DNA of 64,000 nt, from contig DASUCV010000018.1 in assembly GCA_036275915.1 (NCBI GenBank), positions 291,054-355,053 of the forward strand, written 5' to 3'. The DNA comes from Candidatus Polarisedimenticolaceae bacterium. Its GTDB lineage: Bacteria; Acidobacteriota; Polarisedimenticolia; Polarisedimenticolales; DASRJG01. This document shows positions 11,148-20,620 of this stretch, piece by piece (within the stretch, counting starts at the first letter, position 1; every line of letters starts with the position of its first letter). Both the position numbers and the translations under genes were made by a program. The notes under the pieces were generated by a model that saw only the letters and a program-made list of their open reading frames with translations, did no database searches and was not told the origin of the DNA.

Positions 11148-11821
11148 CGGCGGCCCGCACGATCCTCCTCGCCGACGACAGCGTGACGATCCGCAAGGTC
11201 GTGGAGCTGACCTTCTCCGACACGAACATCCGCGTTCTCGCGGTCGCCTCCGGCCACGAAGCGCTCGAGCGGATGAGCGAGGTGCATCCCGACCTCGTGC
11301 TCGCGGACGTCGTCATGCCGGGACCGTCCGGGTACGACGTGTGCCGCGCGGTCAAGGGCTCGCCCCGTCCGGTGCCCGTCCTCTTGCTCACGGGCGCGTT
11401 CGAGCCTTTCGATCCGGCGGAGGCCGAAGCCTGCGGGAGCGACGGCACGGTGACGAAGCCGTTCGACTCGCGCTCGCTCGTCGAGCGGGTGGAGGAGCTG
11501 CTCGCCCGCGGAGCGCGCCCCGCCTCGAGGACAGCGCAGGCTCCCGCGGAGCCGCCGCCCAAGGACGACGACCTCGAGGAGATCTTCGACGCGCTGGCCG
11601 ACGCGGCTCCCGAGCCGAAGACGGCCCCCCCGGAGCCGCCGCCACGTCCGACGCATCTTCTTTCCGAGAGCGACATCGACGCGATCGCACGCGCCGTCGT
11701 CGTGCGCCTCTCGGACAAGGTCCTCCGCGAGATCGCTTGGGACGTCGTGCCCGACCTCGCCGAGGTGATCGTCCGCGAGCGCCTCCAAGAGATCGAGCGC
11801 GGCGAGCGCGAGCCGCGCTGA
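11144..11821 (+). CDS. Response regulator: receiver domain + Pro-rich acidic linker + short conserved-looking C-terminal domain (no DNA-binding domain seen)
   Basis: 225 aa, with an ATGA overlap with the B12-binding subunit. REC residues are present: [16 protein letters not shown] (phospho-acceptor Asp), LLLTG, VTKPF. The linker reads [39 protein letters not shown]. The C-terminal part reads [46 protein letters not shown]. Confidence 0.85.
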   Translation: MTAARTILLADDSVTIRKVVELTFSDTNIRVLAVASGHEALERMSEVHPDLVLADVVMPGPSGYDVCRAVKGSPRPVPVLLLTGAFEPFDPAEAEACGSDGTVTKPFDSRSLVERVEELLARGARPASRTAQAPAEPPPKDDDLEEIFDALADAAPEPKTAPPEPPPRPTHLLSESDIDAIARAVVVRLSDKVLREIAWDVVPDLAEVIVRERLQEIERGEREPR

Positions 11822-11844
11822 CGCGCGAACCCTCCGAGGAATCG

Positions 11845-14475
11845 ATGTCCATAGAGAAGGAATACCGTCCCGACGCGATCGAGGAGCATTGGGCGAAGGC
11901 CTGGATCGAGCGCGACGTGTTCCGCGCCGGCCGCGACCAGGGCGCGCGCCCGTTCTGCATGGTCATCCCGCCGCCGAACGTGACCGGCAACCTCCACATG
12001 GGGCACGTCCTCGTCTACACGCTCCACGACGTGATCGCGCGCTGGCGGCGGATGCAGGGCTGGGACGTGCTGTGGCTCCCGGGCACCGATCACGCGGGGA
12101 TCGCGACGCAGACGGTCGTCGAGAAGCAGCTCCAGAAGGAGGGGATCGACCGCCGCACGATGGGACGCGAAGCGTTCGTCGCGCGCGTCTGGGAATGGAA
12201 GTCGCTCTACGGCTCGCGGATCACCGGCCAGCTCAAGCGCCTCGGCGCGTCGTGCGACTGGTCGCGCGAGCGCTTCACCCTCGACCCGGGGCTCAGCAAG
12301 GCCGTGCGGACGGTCTTCGTCCGCCTCCATCGCGAAGGGCTCATCTACCGCGATCGCGCGATGGTGAACTGGTGCCCGCGGTGCCGGACGGCGCTCTCCG
12401 ACCTCGAGACGATCCACGAGACCGAGCGCGGCAAGCTCTGGACGATCCGCTACCCGTTCGCCGACGGCAGGGGCGGGGGCATCGAGGTCGCGACGACGCG
12501 GCCCGAGACGATGCTCGGCGACAGCGGCGTCGCCGTCCATCCCGACGACGAGCGCTATCGCGCGGCGGTCGGGCGAACGCTCACGCTGCCGCTCGCCGGA
12601 CGCACGATCCCCGTCGTCGCCGACACCTTCGTCGACCCCGCGTTCGGAACCGGTGCCGTGAAGGTCACCCCCGCGCACGACCCGAACGATTTCGCCGCCG
12701 GCCGCAGGCTCGGCCTCCCGGAGATCGTCGTCATCGACCTCGACGGGAAGATGACGAAGGAAGCCGGCGAGTTCGCGGGGCTCGACCGCTACCAGGCGAG
12801 GAAACGCGTCGTGTCCCGGCTCGAGGAGGCGGGGCTCCTCGTGGGCGTGCGCGAGCACGAGCACGCCGTGGGGCACTGCCAGCGCTGCGGAACGGTCGTC
12901 GAGCCGCTCGCCTCGCCGCAGTGGTTCGTGAAGGTCGGTCCGCTCGCCGAGACCGCGGTCGCCGCGGTGGAGCAGGGCCGCACCGTCATCGTGCCCCCCT
13001 CGTGGGAGAAGGTCTACTTCGAATGGATGCGGAACATCCACGACTGGTGCATCTCGCGCCAGCTTTGGTGGGGTCACCGGATTCCCGCGTGGTACTGCGA
13101 TGCCTGCGGGACGGTCGAGGTCCACGAGGACGATCCGAAGGCCTGCGCGAAGTGCCGCGGCCCCCTCCGTCAGGACGACGACGTGCTCGACACCTGGTTC
13201 TCGTCCGGGCTCTGGCCGTTCTCGACGCTCGGCTGGCCGGAGTCGACGGCCGACCTCGCCCGTTACTACCCGACGAATCTCCTCATCACCGGGTTCGACA
13301 TCATCTTCTTCTGGGTCGCGCGCATGATGATGCTCGGCCTCAAGTTCATGGGCGACGTGCCGTTCCGCGAGGTCTACATCCACGGCCTCGTCCGCGACGA
13401 GCAGGGCCAGAAGATGTCGAAGTCGAAGGGGAACACGATCGACCCCGACGACGTGCAGAAGCGCTACGGCACCGACGCCGTGCGCCTCACGATGGCGATG
13501 CTCGCCGCGCCGGGCAACGACATCCCCTTGGCCGAGGGACGGATGGAAGGGTACCGGGCGTTCGCCAACAAGCTCTGGAACGCCTGCCGCTTCGTCCTGC
13601 TCCGGCTCGAAGGCGCCGAGGTCAAGCGCGATTACACCGAGGACGAGCTGACGCTCGTCGACCGCTGGATCCTCGCGCGCACCCACGCCGTCATCGGCGA
13701 GGTCGACCGCGCGCTCGAGCAGTACCGCTTCGACCGCGCGGCCGACACCCTTTATCACTTCGTCTGGCACGCGTTCTGCGATTGGTACATCGAGCTCGTG
13801 AAGCCGGACCTCCTGGCCGAGGGACGGCGCGCGGAGGTCGCCCGCGCCGTGCTGCTCGAGGTCCTCGACACGCTGCTCCGTCTCCTCCACCCGGTCATGC
13901 CGTTCGTCACCGAGGAGCTCTGGCAGAAGATTCCGCACGACGGCGAGCTCCTGGCGACCGCCGCGTGGCCCAGGGTCCGTGAGGACCGATTGGACGCCCG
14001 CGCCGAGCGCGACATGGAGCTCCTCCAAGAGCTGATCGTGAAGGCTCGGAACGTTCGTGCGGAGGCGGGGATCGATCCGTCGCGCCGTATCGACCTCATG
14101 GTGCATGCAGAGAACGCCCGCAACCGCAAGCTCGTGTCGGATCAGGCCGCGCTCGTCGCGACGCTCGTCCGCGCCGATCGTGTCGAGGTCGTCGAGGCGT
14201 TCCCCGAGGGTCTCGTCGCGGCGAGGGGCGTCGTGCGGAGCCTCGAGGTGGCGATCCCGCTCGAGGGGCTCCTCGACTTCGACGCGGAGCGCACGCGCTT
14301 GACGCGTGACCTCGCCAAGATCGTCGCGGAGCTCGACGCGCGGAACCGCAAGCTCGCGAACGAGTCGTTCCTCGAGCGCGCGCCCGCCGAGGTCGTCGAG
14401 AAGGAGCGGGCGATCCAGAAGGAGTTCCTCGAGAAGAAGCGCCGCATCGAGGCGACGCTCGCGACCCTGGGATGA
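11845..14475 (+). CDS. valS: Valine--tRNA ligase
   Basis: 876 aa from ATG 11845. Class I HIGH (PNVTGNLHMGH) and KMSKS motifs are present, with an editing domain and a C-terminal coiled coil. The track ORF from 11341 has a spurious N-terminal extension. Confidence 0.95.
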   Translation: MSIEKEYRPDAIEEHWAKAWIERDVFRAGRDQGARPFCMVIPPPNVTGNLHMGHVLVYTLHDVIARWRRMQGWDVLWLPGTDHAGIATQTVVEKQLQKEGIDRRTMGREAFVARVWEWKSLYGSRITGQLKRLGASCDWSRERFTLDPGLSKAVRTVFVRLHREGLIYRDRAMVNWCPRCRTALSDLETIHETERGKLWTIRYPFADGRGGGIEVATTRPETMLGDSGVAVHPDDERYRAAVGRTLTLPLAGRTIPVVADTFVDPAFGTGAVKVTPAHDPNDFAAGRRLGLPEIVVIDLDGKMTKEAGEFAGLDRYQARKRVVSRLEEAGLLVGVREHEHAVGHCQRCGTVVEPLASPQWFVKVGPLAETAVAAVEQGRTVIVPPSWEKVYFEWMRNIHDWCISRQLWWGHRIPAWYCDACGTVEVHEDDPKACAKCRGPLRQDDDVLDTWFSSGLWPFSTLGWPESTADLARYYPTNLLITGFDIIFFWVARMMMLGLKFMGDVPFREVYIHGLVRDEQGQKMSKSKGNTIDPDDVQKRYGTDAVRLTMAMLAAPGNDIPLAEGRMEGYRAFANKLWNACRFVLLRLEGAEVKRDYTEDELTLVDRWILARTHAVIGEVDRALEQYRFDRAADTLYHFVWHAFCDWYIELVKPDLLAEGRRAEVARAVLLEVLDTLLRLLHPVMPFVTEELWQKIPHDGELLATAAWPRVREDRLDARAERDMELLQELIVKARNVRAEAGIDPSRRIDLMVHAENARNRKLVSDQAALVATLVRADRVEVVEAFPEGLVAARGVVRSLEVAIPLEGLLDFDAERTRLTRDLAKIVAELDARNRKLANESFLERAPAEVVEKERAIQKEFLEKKRRIEATLATLG

Positions 14476-15329
14476 CCCCGCCGGCGCTCGACGCTCAGGC
14501 TGTGGCCCGGTCGATCGAGGCGGCGCTCGCGGAAGATCTCGGAGCGCGTGGGGACATCACCTCGCTGGCGGTGGTGTCTTCGGAGCTTCGGGCGCGCGCG
14601 CACGTCGTCGCGCGCGAGCCTCTCGTGGTCGCCGGCATTCCGATCGCCCGAGGGGTCTTCCTCCGCCTCGACGCCGGAGCGCGTTTCCCCTACGCCGCCG
14701 AGGACGGGCGGAGAACGACGGCCGGCGAGCGGGTCCTCACCGTGGAGGGGCGCGCGATCGCGCTCCTCGAGGGGGAGCGGACCGCGCTCAACTTCCTTCA
14801 GCGTCTCTCGGGGATCGCGACCGCGACCGCCGCCGCCGTGCAGGAGATCGCCGGCACCGGCGCCCGGATCCTCGACACGCGCAAGACGGCGCCGGGCTTG
14901 CGGCTCCTCGACAAGTACGCGGTCGCCGTCGGCGGCGGGACGAACAATCGCATCGGGCTCTACGATCAGGCGATGATCAAGGACACGCATCTCGGCGCGG
15001 CGGCGTCGCTCGGAGACGCGGTACGCGCTTGCTTGTCGTCCGGCGTGCCTGCCGACGCGATCACCGCCGAGGTGCGCAACCGTCGGGAGCTCGAGGAGGC
15101 GATCGCCGCGGGCGCCGGCCGCGCCATCCTCGACAACATGAGCCTCGACGATCTCGCGGCCTGCGTCGCCCTCGGGAAGGGGAAGATCGTGCTCGAGGCG
15201 TCGGGCGGCCTCCGGCCCGGGAGGCTGAAGGCGGTCGCGGCGACCGGCGTCGATGCGCTCAGCCTCGGCTACCTCACGCACTCGGTCGCGGCCGCCGATC
15301 TCGCCATGGACCTCGAGAGCCTCCCCTGA
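14472..15329 (+). CDS. nadC: Nicotinate-nucleotide pyrophosphorylase (quinolinate phosphoribosyltransferase)
   Basis: 285 aa, with an ATGA overlap with valS. Motifs typical of NadC are present: GERTALNFLQRLSGIAT, ILDTRKTAPGLRLLDKYAV, GGGTNNRIGLYD, DNM...LEASGG. Confidence 0.9.
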   Translation: MTPPALDAQAVARSIEAALAEDLGARGDITSLAVVSSELRARAHVVAREPLVVAGIPIARGVFLRLDAGARFPYAAEDGRRTTAGERVLTVEGRAIALLEGERTALNFLQRLSGIATATAAAVQEIAGTGARILDTRKTAPGLRLLDKYAVAVGGGTNNRIGLYDQAMIKDTHLGAAASLGDAVRACLSSGVPADAITAEVRNRRELEEAIAAGAGRAILDNMSLDDLAACVALGKGKIVLEASGGLRPGRLKAVAATGVDALSLGYLTHSVAAADLAMDLESLP

Positions 15330-15397
15330 GCGCACACCTCGACGCCGCGCGGCTCGAAGCCGAGCTCGGCGCCCGCGCCTGGATCCGCCGCGTCGTC

Positions 15398-16117
15398 GTG
15401 CACGACGCGACCGGCTCGACCAACGACGACGCGAAGGCGCTCGCCCGCGAAGGCGCACCCGCGGCAACGGTCGTGATCGCCGGCAGCCAATCGGCGGGGC
15501 GCGGCCGTCTCGGGCGCGCGTGGCATTCCGCGCAGGGTCTCGGTCTCTACCTCTCCGTCCTGGTGCGCCCCGAGGAGCCGGCCGACCGGCTGGGCCGTTT
15601 CGCGCTCGCCGCGGCGGTGGCCACGTGCCGCGCGTGCCGGACGCTCGGAGCGTCGCGTGCCTCCATCAAGTGGCCGAACGACGTCCTCGTCGGCCACCGC
15701 AAGCTCGCGGGGATCCTCGCCGAGATGAAGGCGGGGGAGAGCGGCCGCGAGCTCGTCCTCGGCATCGGCGTCAACGTGGGACACGGGGCGGAGGACTTTC
15801 CGGCGGACCTTCGCGACGCCGCGACCTCGTTGGCCCTCGCGGCCGGCGCACCCGCGCCGGAACGGGAGACGGTCGCTGTGGAGCTCCTCGACGCACTGGG
15901 AGACGCGTTGAATCGGCTGGAGAGCGGCGCCTGGGATCAGGTCGAAGAGACGTTCCTCGCGATGGCTCCGGCGGCCTCGGGCTCGCGGGTGCGCCTCGCC
16001 ACCGGCGAGGCCGGGGTCACGGACGGGCTCGATGCCACGGGCGCGCTCCGCGTGAAGACCGGCCGTGGCATCGTGACGGTGCACGCGGGAGAATCGGTGG
16101 CGCCGGCGGAGGATTGA
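15398..16117 (+). CDS. birA: Biotin--[acetyl-CoA-carboxylase] ligase (class I BirA, no HTH); start codon uncertain
   Basis: Motifs present: GSTNDDA, IAGSQSAGRGRLGRAWHS, GLYLSVLVRP, KWPNDVLVGHRKLAGILAE. The homologous region appears to begin near 15326 (LSAHLDAARLE...). There is no ATG/GTG/TTG in frame between the nadC stop and GTG 15398. Confidence 0.8.
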   Translation: MHDATGSTNDDAKALAREGAPAATVVIAGSQSAGRGRLGRAWHSAQGLGLYLSVLVRPEEPADRLGRFALAAAVATCRACRTLGASRASIKWPNDVLVGHRKLAGILAEMKAGESGRELVLGIGVNVGHGAEDFPADLRDAATSLALAAGAPAPERETVAVELLDALGDALNRLESGAWDQVEETFLAMAPAASGSRVRLATGEAGVTDGLDATGALRVKTGRGIVTVHAGESVAPAED

Positions 16118-16119
16118 CG

Positions 16120-16887
16120 ATGCTGCTCGCGGTCGACACGGGGAATACGCACACGGTGCTCGGGCTCTTCGACGGCAAGCGCCTCGTCGCGAGCTGGCGC
16201 ATCGCGACTCGCAAGGAAAACACCGCCGACGAGCTCGGAGCGCTCCTCCGCTCGCTCTTCGCGGCGAAGGGGCTCGACCCCGCCGGCGTCGACGGCGTCA
16301 TCGTCTCCTCGGTCGTCCCCGACTGGAACGGCGTCCTCGCGGCGACCTCGGAGGGGACGTTCGAGCGGACCGCCGTCTTCGTGGCGCCGGGAGTCAAGAC
16401 GGGAATCCCCATCCTCTACGAGAACCCCCACGAGGTCGGCGCGGATCGCATCGTCAACGCCGTGGCGGCGGTCCAGCGCTACGGCGCGCCGGTGATCGTC
16501 CTCGACTTCGGCACCGCGACGACGTTCGACGTCGTGAGCGCCAAGGGGGAATACCTCGGCGGCGTGATCGCCCCGGGCCTCGGCATCTCGGCCGAGGCGC
16601 TGTTCTCGCGCGCCGCGCGCCTCTCGCGCGTCGACGTGCGCAAGCCGGCGCGCGTCATCGGAAGAACGACCGAGGAGAGCGTGCAAGCGGGGCTCTTCCT
16701 CGGCTACGTCGCGCTCATCGAAGGGATCGTGAAGCGCCTCCATGCGGAGCTCGGGGTCGAGGCACCCGTGATCGCGACCGGCGGCCTCGCACCCGCGTTC
16801 GAGGGCGAGCTCGCTTTCCTCGCCGGGGTCGAGCCGGACCTCACCCTCGAAGGGCTGCGCCTCATCTGGGAGAAGAACCGCCGGTGA
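16120..16887 (+). CDS. coaX: Type III pantothenate kinase
   Basis: 255 aa. MLLAVDTGNTHTVLGLF, PHEVGADRIVNAVAA, VLDFGTATTFDVV and SVQAGLFLGY match the CoaX/Bvg accessory factor family. Confidence 0.9.
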   Translation: MLLAVDTGNTHTVLGLFDGKRLVASWRIATRKENTADELGALLRSLFAAKGLDPAGVDGVIVSSVVPDWNGVLAATSEGTFERTAVFVAPGVKTGIPILYENPHEVGADRIVNAVAAVQRYGAPVIVLDFGTATTFDVVSAKGEYLGGVIAPGLGISAEALFSRAARLSRVDVRKPARVIGRTTEESVQAGLFLGYVALIEGIVKRLHAELGVEAPVIATGGLAPAFEGELAFLAGVEPDLTLEGLRLIWEKNRR

Positions 16888-17354
16888 GGGTGCTCTTCGT
16901 CTGCGACGGCAACATCTGCCGGAGCCCGCTCGCTGCGGCGTACCTCCGGCACCGGGCCGCAGAGCGAGGCCTCGGCCACGTCGTGGTCGATTCGGCCGGC
17001 CTCCTCGGGATCAAGGGCGCGCCGGCGGCGCCGTTCTCGATCGAGGTCGGGCGCGAGGAGGGGATCGATCTCACCGGCCACCGCTCGCGCGGCGTGTCGA
17101 CGGCCGACCTGAAAACCGCTGACTTCGTCGTCGCGATGACGCTCCGTCAGCTCGACACGCTCCACGAGCGCTTCCCGCAGGGACCGGGGCGCCGCCTCCT
17201 GATCCGGGCCTTCGAAAACGGTCCGGAGCCCACCGGGGGCGCTCCCGAGCTCGACGATCCGGTCGCCGGCCCGATCGAGGACTACCGGGACGCCTTCGCG
17301 ATCATCCGGAGCGCCGTCGACCACATGATCCTGCACCTCAAGCACCGCGCATGA
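16884..17354 (+). CDS. Low-molecular-weight protein-tyrosine phosphatase (LMW-PTP/ArsC-like fold)
   Basis: 156 aa, with a GTGA overlap with coaX. Active-site loop VLFVCDGNICRSP (CX5R-S) and a downstream DP motif (LDDPVAG). Confidence 0.85.
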   Translation: MRVLFVCDGNICRSPLAAAYLRHRAAERGLGHVVVDSAGLLGIKGAPAAPFSIEVGREEGIDLTGHRSRGVSTADLKTADFVVAMTLRQLDTLHERFPQGPGRRLLIRAFENGPEPTGGAPELDDPVAGPIEDYRDAFAIIRSAVDHMILHLKHRA

Positions 17355-17938
17355 CGGCGGACGATCCCAAGCGTTACCACAGGACGATCGAGGAGGCGTG
17401 GGCCCGTCTGAAGTCCCGGCCGGGGCTTCTGTCCCCGCGCGAGTTCGCGGTCATCGAGGAGTGGCGGCGGCGCGGAATCCCCGCGGCGCTCGTCGTCGAC
17501 GTCTTCGACGCGCGACGGCGCTCCGGGGCGTCGCTCCGGTCGCTCTCGTACCTCGCTGCGGCGGTCGACGAGGCGTGGAGGACCGTGGCCGCTGGACGCG
17601 CCGCGGCGCCGGCTTCCCAGGAGCCGGCGAAAGCGTCCTCAGAAACGTGGGATGCCGCGCTCGCGCGCTCCGATCTGTCGCCGGCGCTCCGCGCGCTCCT
17701 CACGCGGCTCCTGGCTTCGTTCCGCAAAGACGACGACCCTCGCGCCCTCGATGCCGAGCTCGACGAGGCGCTTCCGCGGCTCGCGCCCGCCGATCTCATC
17801 GCCGCGGCCGAGCGCGAGACCTCCGAGGCGCTGGCTCCCTTTCGCGGGCGCATGCCCGCGGCCGAGCTCGCCAAAACTTACCTTCGCGGCCGTGCGGATC
17901 GGTTGCGCGCGGCCCTCGGCCTCCATCGAATGCGGTAG
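17351..17938 (+). CDS. Hypothetical protein (Ala/Arg-rich, helical-looking)
   Basis: 195 aa ORF coupled by an ATGA overlap to the PTP gene. No motif recognised. Coding status rests on operon position and the absence of a better frame. Confidence 0.5.
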   Translation: MTADDPKRYHRTIEEAWARLKSRPGLLSPREFAVIEEWRRRGIPAALVVDVFDARRRSGASLRSLSYLAAAVDEAWRTVAAGRAAAPASQEPAKASSETWDAALARSDLSPALRALLTRLLASFRKDDDPRALDAELDEALPRLAPADLIAAAERETSEALAPFRGRMPAAELAKTYLRGRADRLRAALGLHRMR

Positions 17939-17971
17939 AGTGCTCGTGTCCCGCCTCCCGGTGCGTCGCCG

Positions 17972-20620
17972 TTGCACCCGGATCTGCCCGCTCCGATCGT
18001 CGTTCTCGCCGCCGCGCTGATCGCAGGCGCCGCGATGGGCGGCCCGCGCCCGCATCTCGGCGCGGCGCTCGTCTTGGCCGGCGTGTGCTCGGTCATGACT
18101 TGGCTCGTGCGACGGCATCGCCGCGCGGCGCTCCTCCTCTTCATCGTGGCCACGTGGGGGGCGGGCGCCGCGGTGCAACGGCTCTCCTGGATCCGCCACG
18201 CCGCGGCTGAGCGACGCCTCTTCGACGGACGGGATCGCGTCGAGATCGAGCTGACCGGACGGGTCGTCTCCGCGCCCGAAAGACAGACGAACGGCGAGCG
18301 GGCCTTTCGCATCGACGTCGAAGGACGCGATGCCCGCATCGCGCTCGACGTCGCGGCACCTCAGGACGCCGATCGCGAGCGCCTGGACGGCCTCAGGCGC
18401 GGCGATCTCATCCTCGTCTGGTGCACGCTCCGCGCGCCGCGCGGGGGGCCGCTCGGCTCGGCCGACGACGCGCGCCGGCGACTCCTCGGCGACCGGCTCG
18501 ATGCCGAAGGGCGGGTGAAGAGTTCCCGTCTCGTGAGACGCCTCGAGAGCGGTGGGGCGTCGATCGGTCGCATCCTCGATCGCTTGCACGCGGCGGCGAT
18601 CGCGCGGCTCGACGGTGCCGTCGACCCGGCCGGGCGCACGCGCGCGATCCTAGGCGCCATGGTGCTGGGCGACCGCGGCCTCCTCGATCCCGAGGACGTG
18701 GCGTGCCTGCGCGACGCCGGCCTCGTCCATCTCATCTCGATCAGCGGACTCCACACGGCGATGACCGTGCTCGTGCTCCTGGCGCTCGCACGGCGCGCGG
18801 GTGCGGGGGCGAAGGCGTGTGCTCTCGCCAGCGTCGTCCTCCTTCCCGCGCTCGCCGCCCTGGTCGGCGACGGCGCCGCGGTGTGGCGCGCCTGCGGCCT
18901 CCTCGCGGTGACGCTCGTGGCGCGCGCGACGGGACGCGACGCCCTGCCGCTCGCGGCGCTGGCGCTCTCCTCCGCGGGGCTCGTCATCGCCTCACCGGGG
19001 CTCGCGTGGAACATCGGGTTCGTTCTGAGCGTCGCGGCCACAGCGGGTCTCGTCGTCGGCTTGAGCGACCGCGCCGCGAAGCGTGGACCGGTGGCACGCT
19101 CGCTCGGCGCGACGACCGGCGCCTACGCAGCGACGTTGCCGTTCGTCGCTCACGCCTTCGGGCGCACGGCACCCGCCGCTCTCGTCGCCAACCTCGTCGC
19201 AGCGCCGCTCTGCGCCGCGTGCATGGCGGGCGGCGTGCTCGTCCTGGTCGTGGGACGGGCGGGCGCCTCTGCCGCCGATCACTCGGTCGATGCGCTCCTC
19301 GCCGTCTCGAGAATCGCGGCGAATCTCCCGTGCGGTCATCTCCGCGTCGCGTCGCCGCCTCCTCTCCTCGACGCGCTCTACGTCGTCGTGCTTCTCCTCT
19401 ACGCATTCGCCGGCCGCCGCCGCGCGGCGGGGCTCGCGGTGTTCTTCCTGGCCCTCGCGATCCACCTCGGGCCGCTCCCCATGGCACCGGGGCGGGCGAC
19501 GGTGACCGTGCTCGACGTCGGCCAGGGGCTCTCGGTTCTCCTCCAGGGCGGGGAAGGGGACGTTTCGCTCTACGACGCCGGTCCCGCTGGCGAGGGACGG
19601 CTCGACGCGGGCGACCGCATCGTCGTTCCCGCCCTCGCCGCGATCGGCTGCCGGCGGCTCGACGTCCTCGCCCTCTCGCACGACCACGACGACCACGCTG
19701 GAGGCGCCTTTGCCGTGCTCCGGGACCGCGAGGTCGGCGAGCTGTGGCTCGCCCAAGGGAGCGAGCGCGATCCGCTCACCCAGGCGCTCGCCGCCGAGGC
19801 GGTCGCGCGCGGCGTCGCCGTGCGGCGGCTGATGCGCGGCGCGCACCTCGGCGCGGGGAGCTTCGCCGTCGACGTCCTCCATCCGGGACAGGACGACCGC
19901 ACCCGGCCGGTCAACGACCGATGCCTGGCGCTCCGTGCGCGCGCGCCGGAGGGACCGGCGATCCTGCTCCCCGGCGATCTCGAATCGGCGGGCGAGCGCT
20001 CGCTGCTCGCGGCCGCGAGCCCGGCGGCCGAGGCGCTCGTGGCGCCGCACCACGGCTCCGACGGCAGCAGCACGATCCCGTTCGTTCGCGCTGTCGCACC
20101 TCGCGTCGTCGTCGTTTCGGTCGGCGCGGGGAACCGGTTCGGCCATCCGGGAGCGTCGGCGCTCGCGCGGCTCGGATCTGGCGGCGCTGCGATCTACCGC
20201 ACGGACCGCTGCGGTGCCGTCTCTCTCGAAGCGGAAGCGCGCCGGTGGATCGTTTCAGTTGATGCCCATGGGCGCGCCCATGAACGTGAGCACGAGGATG
20301 GCGAGCAGGAATGCGGCGACGGCGCGGCGACCCCAGCCGAGAGGCTCACCCTCGTCGAGCAACCTGGGGTGGCGTCCACGAAGAATGAGGAGGATACCGA
20401 GCCAGAGCGAATAGGGAGAGGGCATCCCGGTCCACACGCTTTGTCCGATCACCCAGACGGCGAAGCCGGCGATCGTCGCCCACGAGATGACCGCGTGCGC
20501 CCGCGGCGAGATCGCGAACACGGCGTGACCGCCGTCGAGCTGCCCCACGGGGAAGAGATTCATCGACGTCACGAGCATACCGACCCACGCCGCGCCGTAG
20601 ATCGAATTCAGCTGGAGTGA
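17972..20620 (+). CDS. comEC: DNA internalization-related competence protein ComEC/Rec2 (membrane domain + metallo-beta-lactamase domain) with ~120-aa 3' extension
   Basis: 882 aa from TTG 17972. It has a polytopic membrane region (ISISGLHTAM... competence domain). An MBL domain follows (VTVLDVGQGLSVLL, LALSHDHDDHAGG, APHHGS). Homology seems to end near IYRTDRCGAVSLE (~20230), but the frame stays open to 20620. Confidence 0.8.
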   Translation: MHPDLPAPIVVLAAALIAGAAMGGPRPHLGAALVLAGVCSVMTWLVRRHRRAALLLFIVATWGAGAAVQRLSWIRHAAAERRLFDGRDRVEIELTGRVVSAPERQTNGERAFRIDVEGRDARIALDVAAPQDADRERLDGLRRGDLILVWCTLRAPRGGPLGSADDARRRLLGDRLDAEGRVKSSRLVRRLESGGASIGRILDRLHAAAIARLDGAVDPAGRTRAILGAMVLGDRGLLDPEDVACLRDAGLVHLISISGLHTAMTVLVLLALARRAGAGAKACALASVVLLPALAALVGDGAAVWRACGLLAVTLVARATGRDALPLAALALSSAGLVIASPGLAWNIGFVLSVAATAGLVVGLSDRAAKRGPVARSLGATTGAYAATLPFVAHAFGRTAPAALVANLVAAPLCAACMAGGVLVLVVGRAGASAADHSVDALLAVSRIAANLPCGHLRVASPPPLLDALYVVVLLLYAFAGRRRAAGLAVFFLALAIHLGPLPMAPGRATVTVLDVGQGLSVLLQGGEGDVSLYDAGPAGEGRLDAGDRIVVPALAAIGCRRLDVLALSHDHDDHAGGAFAVLRDREVGELWLAQGSERDPLTQALAAEAVARGVAVRRLMRGAHLGAGSFAVDVLHPGQDDRTRPVNDRCLALRARAPEGPAILLPGDLESAGERSLLAAASPAAEALVAPHHGSDGSSTIPFVRAVAPRVVVVSVGAGNRFGHPGASALARLGSGGAAIYRTDRCGAVSLEAEARRWIVSVDAHGRAHEREHEDGEQECGDGAATPAERLTLVEQPGVASTKNEEDTEPERIGRGHPGPHALSDHPDGEAGDRRPRDDRVRPRRDREHGVTAVELPHGEEIHRRHEHTDPRRAVDRIQLE

